From positions 18,290,001 to 18,354,000 of the forward strand of contig OZ024764.1 in the NCBI GenBank assembly GCA_964016885.1: a DNA stretch of 64,000 bases. Reading direction: 5' to 3'. Below, one piece after another: positions 36,001 through 47,272 of this stretch. Position 1 is the first letter of the stretch. Every line of letters begins with the position of its first letter. Source of the DNA: Eledone cirrhosa. Taxonomy: Eukaryota. A program made the translations under genes and the position numbers. Below the pieces are notes generated by a model. That model saw only the letters and a program-made list of their open reading frames with translations. It made no database searches and had not been told where the DNA came from.

Positions 36001-39000
36001 CTCTGTGTGAAGGTCTGGAGGTTTGTGGGTCTCTGTGAAGGTCTGTAGGTCTCTGTGTGTAGGTCTGGAGGTATGTGGGTCTCTGTGAGGGTCTGTAGGT
36101 CTCTGTGTGAAGGTCTGGAAGTTTGTGGGTCTCTGTGAAGGTCTGTAGGTCTCTGTGTGAAGGTCTGGAGGTTTGTGGGTCTCTGTGAGGGTCTGTAGGT
36201 CTCCGTGTGAAGGTCTGGAGGTTTGTGGGTCTCTGTGAGGGTCTGTAGGTCTCTGTGTGAAGGTCTGGAGGTTTGTGGGTCTCTGTGAGGGTCTGTAGGT
36301 CTCTGTGTGAAGGTCTGGAGGTTTGTGGGTCTCTGTGAAGGTCTGTAGGTCTCTGTGTGAAGGTCTGTGGGTCTGTAGGTCTTTGTGTGAAGGTCTGGAG
36401 GTTTGTGGGTCTCTGTGAGGGTCTGTAGGTCTCTGTGTGAAGGTCTGGAGGTTTGTGGGTCTCTGTGAGGGTCTGTAGGTCTCTGTGTGAAGGTCTGGAG
36501 GTTTGTGGGTCTCTGTGAGGGTCTGTAGGTCTCTGTATGAAGGTCTGGAGGTTTGTGGGTCTCTGTGTGAAGGTCTGGAGGTTTGTGGTCTCTGTGAAGG
36601 TCTGTAGGTCTCTGTGTGAAGGTCTGGAGGTTTGTGGGTCTCTGTGAGGGTCTGTAGGTCTCTGTGTGAAGGTCTGGAGGTTTGTGGGTCTCTGTGAAGG
36701 TCTGTAGGTCTCTGTGTGAAGGTCTGGAGGTTTGTGGGTCTCTGTGAGGGTCTGTAGGTCTCTGTGTGAAGGTCTGGAGGTTTGTGGGTCTCTGTGAAGG
36801 TCTGTATGTCTCTGTGTGAAGGTCTGGAGGTTTGTGGGTCTCTGTGAGGGTCTGTAGGTCTCTGTGTGAAGGTCTGGAGGATTGTGGGTCTCTCTGAGGG
36901 TCTGTAGGTCTCTGTGTGAAGGTCTGGAGGTTTGTGGGTCTCTGTGAGGGTCTGTAGGTCTCTGTGTGAATGTCTGGAGGTTTGTGGGTCTCTGTGAAGG
37001 TCTGTAGGTCTCTGTGTGAAGGTCTGGAGGTTTGTGGGTCTCTGTGAGGGTGTGTAGGTCTCTGTATGAAGGTCTGGAGGTTTGTGGGTCTCTGTGAAGG
37101 TCTGTAGGTCTCTGTGTGAAGGTCTGGAGGTTTGTGGGTCTCTGTGAGGGTCTGTAGGTCTCTGTGTGAAGGTCTGGAGGTTTGTGGGTCTCTGTGAGGG
37201 TCTGTAGGTCTCTGTGTGAAGGTCTGGAGGTTTGTGGGTCCCTGTGAAGGTCTGTAGGTCTCTGTGTGAAGGTCTGGAGGTTTGTGGGTCTCTGTGAGGG
37301 TCTGTAGGTCTCTGTGTGACGGTCTGGAGGTTTGTGGGTCTCTGTGAAGGTCTGTAGGTCTCTGTGTGAAGGTCTGGAGGTTTGTGGGTCTCTGTAGGTC
37401 TCTGTGTGAAGGTCTGGAGGTTTGTGGGTCTCTGTGAGGGTCTGTAGGTCTCTGTGTGAAGGTCTGGAGGTTTGTGGGTCTCTGTGAAGGTCTGTAGGTC
37501 TCTGTGTGAAGGTCTGGAGGTTTGTAGGTCTCTGTGTGAAGGTCTGGAGGTTTGTGGGTCTCTGTGAGGGTCTGTAGCTCTCTGCGTGAAGGTCTGGAGG
37601 TTTGTGGGTCTCTGTAAAGGTCTGTAGGTCTCTGTGTGAAGGTCTGGAGGTTTGTGGGTCTCTGTGAGGGTCTGTAGGTCTCTGTGTGAAGGTCTGGAGG
37701 TTTGTGGGTCTCTGTGAGGGTCTGTAGGTCTCTGTGTGAAGGTCTGTGGGTCCCTGTGAAGGTCTGTAGGTCTCTGTGTGAAGGTCTGGAGGTTTGTGGG
37801 TCTCTGTGTGAAGGTCTGGAGGTTTGTGGGTCTCTGTGAGAGTTTGTAGGTCTCTGTGTGAAGGTCTGGAGGTTTGTGGGTCTCTGTGAAGGTCTGTAGG
37901 TCTCTGTGTGAAGGTCTGGAGGTTTGTGGGTCTCTGTGAGGGTCTGTAAGTCTCTGTGTGAAGGTCTGGAGGTTTGTGGGTCTCTGTGAAGGTCTGTAGG
38001 TCTCTGTGTGAAGGTCTGGAGGTTTGTGGGTCTCTGTGAGGGTCTGTAGGTCTCTCTGTGAAGGTCTGGAGGTTTGTGAGGGTCTGTAGGTCTCCGTGTG
38101 AAGGCCTGGAGGTTTGTAGGTCTCTGTGAGGGTCTGTAGGTCTCTGTGTGAAGGTCTGGAGGTTTGTGGGTCTCTGTGAGGGTCTGTAGGTCTCTGTGTG
38201 AAGGTCTGGAGGTTTGTGGGTCTCTGTGAGAGTTTGTAGGTCTCTGTGTGAAGGTCTGGAGGTTTGTGGGTCTCTGTGAAGGTCTGTAGGTCTCTGTGTG
38301 TAGGTCTGGAGGTTTGTGGGTCTCTGTGAGGGTCTGTAGGTCTCTGTGTGAAGGTCTGGAAGTTTGTGGGTCTCTGTGAAGGTCTGTAGGTCTCTGTGTG
38401 AAGGTCTGGAGGTTTGTGGGTCTCTGTGAGGGTCTGTAGGTCTCTGTGTGAAGGTCTGGAGGTTTGTGGGTCTCTGTGAAGGTCTGTAGGTCTCTGTGTG
38501 AAGGTCTGGAGGTTTGTGGGTCTCTGTGAGGGTCTGTAGGTCTCTGTGTGAAGATCTGGAGGTTTGTGGGTCTCTGTGAAGGTCTGTAGGTCTCTGTGTG
38601 AAGGTCTGGAGGTTTGTAGGTCTCTGTGAGGGTTTGTAGGTCTCTGTGTGAAGGTCTGGAGGTTTGTAGGTCTCTGTGAGGGTCTGTAGGTCTCTGTGTG
38701 AAGGTCTGGAGGTTTGTGGGTCTCTGTGAAGGTCTGTAGGTCTCTGTGTGAAGGTCTGGAGGTTTGTGGGTCTCTGTGAGGGTCTGTAGGTCTCTGTGTG
38801 AAGGTCTGGAGGTTTGTGGGTCTCTGTGAGGGTCTGTAGGTCTCTGTGTGAAGGTTTGGAGGTTTGTGGGTCCCTGTGAAGGTCTGTAGGTCTCTGTGTG
38901 AAGGTCTGGAGGTTTGTGGGTCTCTGTGTGAAGGTCTGGAGGTTTGTGGGTTTCTGTGAGAGTTTGTAGGTCTCTGTGTGAAGGTCTGGAGGTTTGTGGG

Positions 39001-42000
39001 TCTCTGTGAAGGTCTGTAGGTCTCTGTGTGAAGGTCTGGAGGTTTGTGGGTCTCTGTGAGGGTCTGTAGGTCTCTGTGTGAAGGTCTGGAGGTTTGTGGG
39101 TCTCTGTGAAGGTCTGTAGGTCTCTGTGTGAAGGTCTGGAGGTTTGTGGGTCTCTGTGAGGGTCTGTAGGTCTCTCTGTGAAGGTCTGGAGGTTTGTGAG
39201 GGTCTGTAGGTCTCTGTGTGAAGGCCTGGAGGTTTGTAGGTCTCTGTGAGGGTCTGTAGATCTCTGTGTGAAGGTCTGGAGGTTTGTGGGTCTCTGTGAG
39301 GGTCTGTAGGTCTCTGTGTGAAGGTCTGGAGGTTTGTGGGTCTCTGTGAGAGTTTGTAGGTCTCTGTGTGAAGGTCTGGAGGTTTGTGGGTCTCTGTGAA
39401 GGTCTGTAGGTCTCTGTGTGTAGGTCTGGAGGTTTGTGGGTCTCTGTGAGGGTCTGTAGGTCTCTGTGTGAAGGTCTGGAAGTTTGTGGGTCTCTGTGAA
39501 GGTCTGTAGGTCTCTGTGTGAAGGTCTGGAGGTTTGTGGGTCTCTGTGAGGGTCTGTAGGTCTCCGTGTGAAGGTCTGGAGGTTTGTGGGTCTCTGTGAG
39601 GGTCTGTAGGTCTCTGTGTGAAGGTCTGGAGGTTTGTGGGTCTCTGTGAGGGTCTGTAGGTCTCTGTGTGAAGGTCTGGAGGTTTGTGGGTCTCTGTGAA
39701 GGTCTGTAGGTCTCTGTGTGAAGGTCTGTGGGTCTGTAGGTCTTTGTGTGAAGGTCTGGAGGTTTGTGGGTCTCTGTGAGGGTCTGTAGGTCTCTGTGTG
39801 AAGGTCTGGAGGTTTGTGGGTCTCTGTGAGGGTCTGTAGGTCTCTGTGTGAAGGTCTGGAGGTTTGTGGGTCTCTGTGAGGGTCTGTAGGTCTCTGTATG
39901 AAGGTCTGGAGGTTTGTGGGTCTCTGTGTGAAGGTCTGGAGGTTTGTGGTCTCTGTGAAGGTCTGTAGGTCTCTGTGTGAAGGTCTGGAGGTTTGTGGGT
40001 CTCTGTGAGGGTCTGTAGGTCTCTGTGTGAAGTTCTGGAGGTTTGTGGGTCTCTGTGAAGGTCTGTAGGTCTCTGTGTGAAGGTCTGGAGGTTTGTGGGT
40101 CTCTGTGAGGGTCTGTAGGTCTCTGTGTGAAGGTCTGGAGGTTTGTGGGTCTCTGTGAAGGTCTGTATGTCTCTGTGTGAAGGTCTGGAGGTTTGTGGGT
40201 CTCTGTGAGGGTCTGTAGGTCTCTGTGTGAAGGTCTGGAGGATTGTGGGTCTCTCTGAGGGTCTGTAGGTCTCTGTGTGAAGGTCTGGAGGTTTGTGGGT
40301 CTCTGTGAGGGTCTGTAGGTCTCTGTGTGAATGTCTGGAGGTTTGTGGGTCTCTGTGAAGGTCTGTAGGTCTCTGTGTGAAGGTCTGGAGGTTTGTAGGT
40401 CTCTGTGAGGGTGTGTAGGTCTCTGTATGAAGGTCTGGAGGTTTGTGGGTCTCTGTGAAGGTCTGTAGGTCTCTGTGTGAAGGTCTGGAGGTTTGTGGGT
40501 CTCTGTGAGGGTCTGTAGGTCTCTGTGTGAAGGTCTGGAGGTTTGTGGGTCTCTGTGAGGGTCTGTAGGTCTCTGTGTGAAGGTCTGGAGGTTTGTGGGT
40601 CCCTGTGAAGGTCTGTAGGTCTCTGTGTGAAGGTCTGGAGGTTTGTGGGTCTCTGTGTGAAGGTCTGGAGGTTTGTGGGTCTCTGTGAGGGTCTGTAGGT
40701 CTCTGTGTGAAGGTCTGGAGGTTTGTGGGTCCCTGTGAAGGTCTGTAGGTCTCTGTGTGAAGGTCTGGAGGTTTGTAGGTCTCTGTGAGGGTCTGTAGGT
40801 CTCTGTGTGAAGGTCTGGAGGTTTGTGGGTCTCTGTGAGAGTTTGTAGGTCTCTGTGTGAAGGTCTGGAGGTTTGTGGGTCTCTGTGAGGGTCTGTAGGT
40901 CTCTGTGTGAAGGTCTGGAGGTTTTTGGGTCTCTGTGAGGGTCTGTAGGTCTCTGTGTGAAGGTCTGGAGGTTTGTGGGTCTCTGTGAAGGTCTGTAGGT
41001 CTCTGTGTGAAGGTCTGGAGGTTTGTGGGTCTCTGTGAGGGTCTGTAGGTCTCTGTGTGAAGGTTTGGAGGTTTGTGGGTCCCTGTGAATGTCTGTAGGT
41101 CTCTGTGTGAAGGTCTGGAGGTTTGTGGGTCTCTGTGAGGGTCTGTAGGTCTCTGTGTGAAGGTCTAGAGGTTTGTGGGTCTCTGTGAAGGTCTGTAGGT
41201 CTCTGTGTGAAGGTCTGGAGGTTTGTGGGTCTCTGTGAGGGTCTGTAGGTCTCTGTGAAGGTCTGGAGGTTTGTGGGTCTCTGTGAAGGTCTGTAGGTCT
41301 CTGTGTGAAGGTCTGGAGGTTTGTGGGTCTCTGTGAGGGTCTGTAGGTCTCTGTGTGACGGTCTGGAGGTTTGTGGGTCTCTGTGAAGGTCTGTAGGTCT
41401 CTGTGTGAAGGTCTGGAGGTTTGTGGGTCTCTGTAGGTCTCTGTGTGAAGGTCTGGAGGTTTGTGGGTCTCTGTGAGGGTCTGTAGGTCTCTGTGTGAAG
41501 GTCTGGAGGTTTGTGGGTCTCTGTGAAGGTCTGTAGGTCTCTGTGTGAAGGTCTGGCGGTTTGTAGGTCTCTGTGTGAAGGTCTGGAGGTTTGTGGGTCT
41601 CTGTGAGGGTCTGTAGGTCTCTGTGTGAAGGTCTGGAGGTTTGTGGGTCTCTGTAAAGGTCTGTAGGTCTCTGTGTGAAGGTCTGGAGGTTTGTGGGTCT
41701 CTGTGAGGGTCTGTAGGTCTCTGTGTGAAGGTCTGGAGGTTTGTGGGTCTCTGTGAGGGTCTGTAGGTCTCTGTGAAGGTCTGGAGGTTTGTGGGTCTCT
41801 GTGAAGGTCTGTAGGTCTCTGTGTGAAGGTCTGGAGGTTTGTGGGTCTCTGTGAGGGTCTGTAGGTCTCTGTGTGACGGTCTGGAGGTTTGTGGGTCTCT
41901 GTGAAGGTCTGTAGGTCTCTGTGTGAAGGTCTGGAGGTTTGTGGGTCTCTGTAGGTCTCTGTGTGAAGGTCTGGAGGTTTGTGGGTCTCTGTGAGGGTCT

Positions 42001-45000
42001 GTAGGTCTCTGTGTGAAGGTCTGGAGGTTTGTGGGTCTCTGTGAAGGTCTGTAGGTCTCTGTGTGAAGGTCTGGAGGTTTGTAGGTCTCTGTGTGAAGGT
42101 CTGGAGGTTTGTGGGTCTCTGTCAGGGTCTGTAGGTCTCTGCGTGAAGGTCTGGAGGTTTGTGGGTCTCTGTAAAGGTCTGTAGGTCTCTGTGTGAAGGT
42201 CTGGAGGTTTGTGGGTCTCTGTGAGGGTCTGTAGGTCTCTGTGTGAAGGTCTGGAGGTTTGTGGGTCTCTGTGAGGGTCTGTAGGTCTCTGTGTGAAGGT
42301 CTGTGGGTCCCTGTGAAGGTCTGTAGGTCTCTGTGTGAAGGTCTGGAGGTTTGTGGGTCTCTGTGTGAAGGTCTGGAGCTTTGTGGGTCTCTGTGAGAGT
42401 TTGTAGGTCTCTGTGTGAAGGTCTGGAGGTTTGTGGGTCTCTGTGAAGGTCTGTAGGTCTCTGTGTGAAGGTCTGGAGGTTTGTGGGTCTCTGTGAGGGT
42501 CTGTAGGTCTCTGTGTGAAGGTCTGGAGGTTTGTGGGTCTCTGTGAAGGTCTGTAGGTCTCTGTGTGAAGGTCTGGAGGTTTGTGGGTCTCTGTGAGGGT
42601 CTGTAGGTCTCTCTGTGAAGGTCTGGAGGTTTGTGAGGGTCTGTAGGTCTCTGTGTGAAGGCCTGGAGGTTTGTAGGTCTCTGTGAGGGTCTGTAGGTCT
42701 CTGTGTGAAGGTCTGGAGGTTTGTGGGTCTCTGTGAGGGTCTGTAGGTCTCTGTGTGAAGGTCTGGAGGTTTGTGGGTCTCTGTGAGAGTTTGTAGGTCT
42801 CTGTGTGAAGGTCTGGAGGTTTGTGGGTCTCTGTGAAGGTCTGTAGGTCTCTGTGTGTAGGTCTGGAGGTTTGTGGGTCTCTGTGAGGGTCTGTAGGTCT
42901 CTGTGTGAAGGTCTGGAAGTTTGTGGGTCTCTGTGAAGGTCTGTAGGTCTCTGTGTGAAGGTCTGGAGGTTTGTGGGTCTCTGTGAGGGTCTGTAGGTCT
43001 CTGTGTGAAGGTCTGGAGGTTTGTGGGTCTCTGTGAAGGTCTGTAGGGCTCTGTGTGAAGGTCTGGAGGTTTGTGGGTCTCTGTGAGGGTCTGTAGGTCT
43101 CTCTGTGAAGGTCTGGAGGTTTGTGAGGGTCTGTAGGTCTCTGTGTGAAGGTCTGGAGGTTTGTCGGTCTCTGTGAGAGTTTGTAGGTCTCTGTGTGAAG
43201 GTCTGGGGGTTTGTGTGTCTCTGTGAGGGTCTGTTGGTCTCCGTGTGAAGGTCTGGAGGTTTGTGGGTCTCTGTGAGGGTCTGTAGGTCTCTGTGTGAAG
43301 GTCTGGAGGTTTGTGGGTGCCTGTGAAGGTCTGGAGGTTTGTAGGTCTCTGTGAGGGTCTGTAGGTCTCCGTGTGAAGGTCTGGAGGTTTGTGGGTCTCT
43401 GTGAGGGTCTGTAGGTCTCTGTGTGAAGGTCTGGAGGTTTGTGGTTCTCTGTCAGGGTCTGTAGGTCTCTGTGTGAAGGTCTGGAGGTTTGTGGGTCTCT
43501 GTGAGAGTTTGTAGGTCTCTGTGTGAAGGTCTGGAGGTTTGTGGGTCTCTGTGAGGGTCTGTAGGTCTCTGTGTGAAGGTCTGGAGGTTTGTGGGTCTCT
43601 GTGAAGGTCTGTAGGTCTCTGTGTGAAGGTCTGGAGGTTTGTGGGTCTGTAGGTCTTTGTGTGAAGGTCTGGAGGTTTGTGGGCCTCTGTGAGGGTCTGT
43701 AGGTCTCTGTGTGAAGGTCTGGAGGTTTGTGGGTCTCTGTGAAGGTCTGTGGGTCTCTGTGTGAAGGTCTGGAGGTTTGTAGGTCACTGTGAGGGTCTGT
43801 AGGTCTCTGTGTGAAGGTCTGGAGGTTTGTGAGGGTCTGTAGGTCTCTGTGTGAAGATCTGGAGGTTTGTGGGTCTCTGTGAAGGTCTGTAGGTCTCTGT
43901 GTGAAGGTCTGGAGGTTTGTAGGTCTCTGTGAGGGTCTGTAGGTCTCTGTGTGAAGGTCTGGAGGTTTGTAGGTCTCTGAGGGTCTGTAGGTCTCTGTGT
44001 GAAGGTCTGGAGGTTTGTGGGTCTCTGTGAAGGTCTGTAGGTCTCTGTGTGAAGGTCTGGAGGTTTGTGGGTCTCTGTGAGGGTCTGTAGGTCTCTGTGT
44101 GAAGGTCTGGAGGTTTGTGGGTCTCTGTGAGGGTCTGTAGGTCTCTGTGTGAAGGTTTGGAGGTTTGTGGGTCCCTGTGAAGGTCTGTAGGTCTCTGTGT
44201 GAAGGTCTGGAGGTTTGTGGGTCTCTGTGTGAAGGTCTGGATGTTTGTGGGTCTCTGTGAGAGTTTGTAGGTCTCTGTGTGAAGGTCTGGAGGTTTGTGG
44301 GTCTCTGTGAAGGTCTGTAGGTCTCTGTGTGAAGGTCTGGAGGTTTTGGGGTCTCTGTGAGGGTCTGTAGGTCTCTGTGTGAAGGTCTGGAGGTTTGTGG
44401 GTCTCTGTGAAGGTCTGTAGGTCTCTGTGTGAAGGTCTGGAGGTTTGTGGGTCTCTGTGAGGGTCTGTAGGTCTCTCTGTGAAGGTCTGGAGGTTTGTGA
44501 GGGTCTGTAGGTCTCTGTGTGAAGGCCTGGAGGTTTGTAGGTCTCTGTGCGGGTCTGTAGGTCTCTGTGTGAAGGTCTGGAGGTTTGTGGGTCTCTGTGA
44601 GGGTCTGTAGGTCTCTGTGTGAAGGTCTGGAGGTTTGTGGGTCTCTGTGAGAGTTTGTAGGTCTCTGTGTGAAGGTCTGGAGGTTTGTGGGTCTCTGTGA
44701 GGGTCTGTAGGTCTCTGTGTGAAGGTCTGGAGGTTTGTGGGTCTCTGTGAGGGTCTGTAGGTCTCTGTGTGAAGGTCTGGAGGTTTGTGGGTCTCTGTGA
44801 AGGTCTGTAGGTCTCTGTGTGAAGGTCTGTGGGTCTGTAGGTCTTTGTGTGAAGGTCTGGAGGTTTGTGGGTCTCTGTGAGGGTCTGTAGGTCTCTGTGT
44901 GAAGGTCTGGAGGTTTGTGGGTCTCTGTGAGGGTCTGTAGGTCTCTGTGTGAAGGTCTGGAGGTTTGTGGGTCTCTGTGAAGGTCTGTAGGTCTCTGTGT

Positions 45001-46990
45001 GAAGGTCTGGAGGTTTGTGGGTCTCTGTAGGTCTCTGTGTGAATGTCTGGAGGTTTGTGGGCCTCTGTGAGGGTCTGTAGGTCTCTGTGTGAAGGTCTGG
45101 AGGTTTGTGGGTCTCTGTGAAGGTCTGTGGGTCTCTGTGTGAAGGTCTGGAGGTTTGTAGGTCACTGTGAGGGTCTGTAGGTCTCTGTGTGAAGGTCTGG
45201 AGGTTTGTGGGTCTCTGTGAGGGTCTGTAGGTCTCTGTGTGAAGATCTGGAGGTTTGTGGGTCTCTGTGAAGGTCTGTAGGTCTCTGTGTGAAGGTCTGG
45301 AGGTTTGTAGGTCTCTGTGAGGGTCTGTAGGTCTCTGTGTGAAGGTCTGGAGGTTTGTAGGTCTCTGTGAGGGTCTGTAGGTCTCTGTGTGAAGGTTTGG
45401 AGGTTTGTGGGTCCCTGTGAAGGTCTGTAGGTCTCTGTGTGAAGGTCTGGAGGTTTGTGGGTCTCTGTGTGAAGGTCTGGAGGTTTGTGGGTCTCTGTGA
45501 GAGTTTGTAGGTCTCTGTGTGAAGGTCTGGAGGTTTGTGGGCCTCTGTGAGGGTCTGTAGGTCTCTGTGTGAAGGTCTGGAGGTTTGTGGGTCTCTGTGA
45601 GGGTCTGTAGGTCTCTGTGTGAAGGTCTGGAGGTTTGTAGGTCTCTGTGAGGGTCTGTAGGTCTCTGTATGAAGGTCTGGAGGTTTGTGGGTCTCTGTGT
45701 GAAGGTCTGGAGGTTTGTGGGTCTCTGTGAAGGTCTGTAGGTCTCTGTGTGAAGGTCTGGAGGTTTGTGGGTCTCTGTGAGGGTCTGTAGGTCTCTGTGT
45801 GAAGGTCTGGAGGTTTGTGGGTCTCTGTAGGTCTCTGTGTGAAGGTCTGGAGGTATGTGGGCCTCTGTGAGGGTCTGTAGGTCTCTGTGTGAAGGTCTGG
45901 AGGTTTGTGGGTCTCTGTGAAGGTCTGTAGGTCTCTGTGTGAAGGTCTGGAGGTTTGTGGGTCTCTGTGAGGGTCTGTAGGTCTCTGTGTGAAGGTCTGG
46001 AGGTTTGTGGGTCTCTGTAGGTCTCTGTGTGAAGGTCTGGAGGTTTGTGGGCCTCTGTGAGGGTCTGTAGGTCTCTGTGTGAAGGTCTGGAGGTTTGTGG
46101 GTCTCTGTGAGGGTCTGTAGGTCTCTGTGAAGGTCTGGAGGTTTGTGGGTCTCTGTGAAGGTCTGTAGTTCTCTGTGTGAAGGTCTGGAGGTTTGTGGGT
46201 CTCTGTGAGGGTCTGTAGGTCTCTGTGTGGGTCTGTAGGTCTCTGTGTGAAGGTCTGGAGGTTTGTGGGTCTCTGTGAGGGTCTGTAGGTCTCTGTGTGA
46301 AGGTCTGGAGGTTTGTGCGTCTCTGTGAGAGTTTGTAGGTCTCTGTGTGAAGGTCTGGAGGTTTGTGGGTCTCTGTAGGTCTCTGTGTGAAGGTCTGGAG
46401 GTTTGTGGGTCTCTGTGAGGGTCTGTAGATCTCTGTGTGAAGGTCTGGAGGTTTGTGGGTCTCTGTGAGGGTCAGTAGGTCTCTGTGTGAAGGTCTGGAG
46501 GTTTGTAGGTCTCTGTGTGAAGGTCTGGAGGTTTGTGGGTTTCTGTGAGGGTCTGTAGGTCTCTGTGTGAAGGTCTGGAGGTTTGTGGGTCTCTGTGAAG
46601 GTCTGTAGGTCGCTGTGTGAAGGTCTGGAGGTTTGTGGGTCTCTGTGAGGGTCTGTAGGTCTCTGTCTGAAGGTCTGGAGGTTTGTGGGTCTCTGTGAGG
46701 ATCTGTAGGTCTCTGTGTGAAGGTCTGGAGGTTTGTGGGTCTCTGTGAGGGTCTGTAGGTCTCTGTGTGAAGGTCTGGAGGTTTGTGGGTCTCTGTGAAG
46801 GTCTGTAATTCTCTGTGTGAAGGTCTGGAGGTTTGTGGGTCTCTGTGAGGGTCTGTAGGTCTCTGTGTGAAGGTCTGGAGGTTTGTGGGTCTCTGTGAAG
46901 GTCTGTAGGTCTCTGTTTGAAGGTCTGGAGGTTTGTGGGTCTCTGTAGGTCTCTGTGTGAAGGTCTGGAGGTTTGTGGGTCTCTGTGAGA
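1..46990. repeat. Large tandem satellite array, 50-bp unit, roughly 950 copies, truncated by the left window edge
   Basis: The unit GAAGGTCTGG AGGTTTGTGG GTCTCTGTGA (G/A)GGTCTGTAG GTCTCTGTGT repeats continuously. Variants are point changes and short indels, mostly 20 or 30 bp. Consensus + strand composition is 21 G, 18 T, 6 C, 5 A, with no CpG and two GGTCTC per unit. Confidence 0.99.
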
Positions 46991-47117
46991 TTGTGTGAGG
47001 GTCAGGAAGTTTTGTTTGTGTCAGTGAGGTTCTCTGGAGTGTGGGGGAGTCTGTAGGTTCCTCTTGATTTCCCAGAATATTTCTTAGGTTGAACATTCAT
47101 CATCACCACCATTAGTT

Positions 47118-47272
47118 TCAATGGTTGGATGCCCTCTTCCTAACGCCAACCACATTTACAGAGTGTACTGGGTGCTTTTTATCATGACACCAACACTATC
47201 ACTTTACAGAGTGTACTGGGTGTATGATATCATGACACCAGCACTACCACTTTACAGAGTGTACTGGGTGCT
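47118..47272 (-). mobile_element. SINE 3'-part fragment with an internal 48-bp tandem duplication (~2.5 copies)
   Basis: GGATGCCCTCTTCCTAACGCCAACCACATTTACAGAGTGTACTGGGT resembles the reverse complement of the SINE segment at ~49770-49825. TTTACAGAGTGTACTGGGTG recurs at 47155, 47203 and 47251. Confidence 0.7.

Noticed and set aside
20734-45165. 8143-aa ORF as a giant protein gene
   Set aside because: It starts at a GTG created by a repeat variant (gtcact), lies wholly within the satellite, and follows automatically from the stop-free minus strand. Frameshifting indels are tolerated throughout. The same applies to the ORFs at 7466, 15949, 26199 and 43452.
1-46990. CRISPR array or telomeric repeat
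   Set aside because: There are no unique spacers and no cas genes, and the context is eukaryotic and spliced. The unit is 50 bp and lacks TTAGGG.
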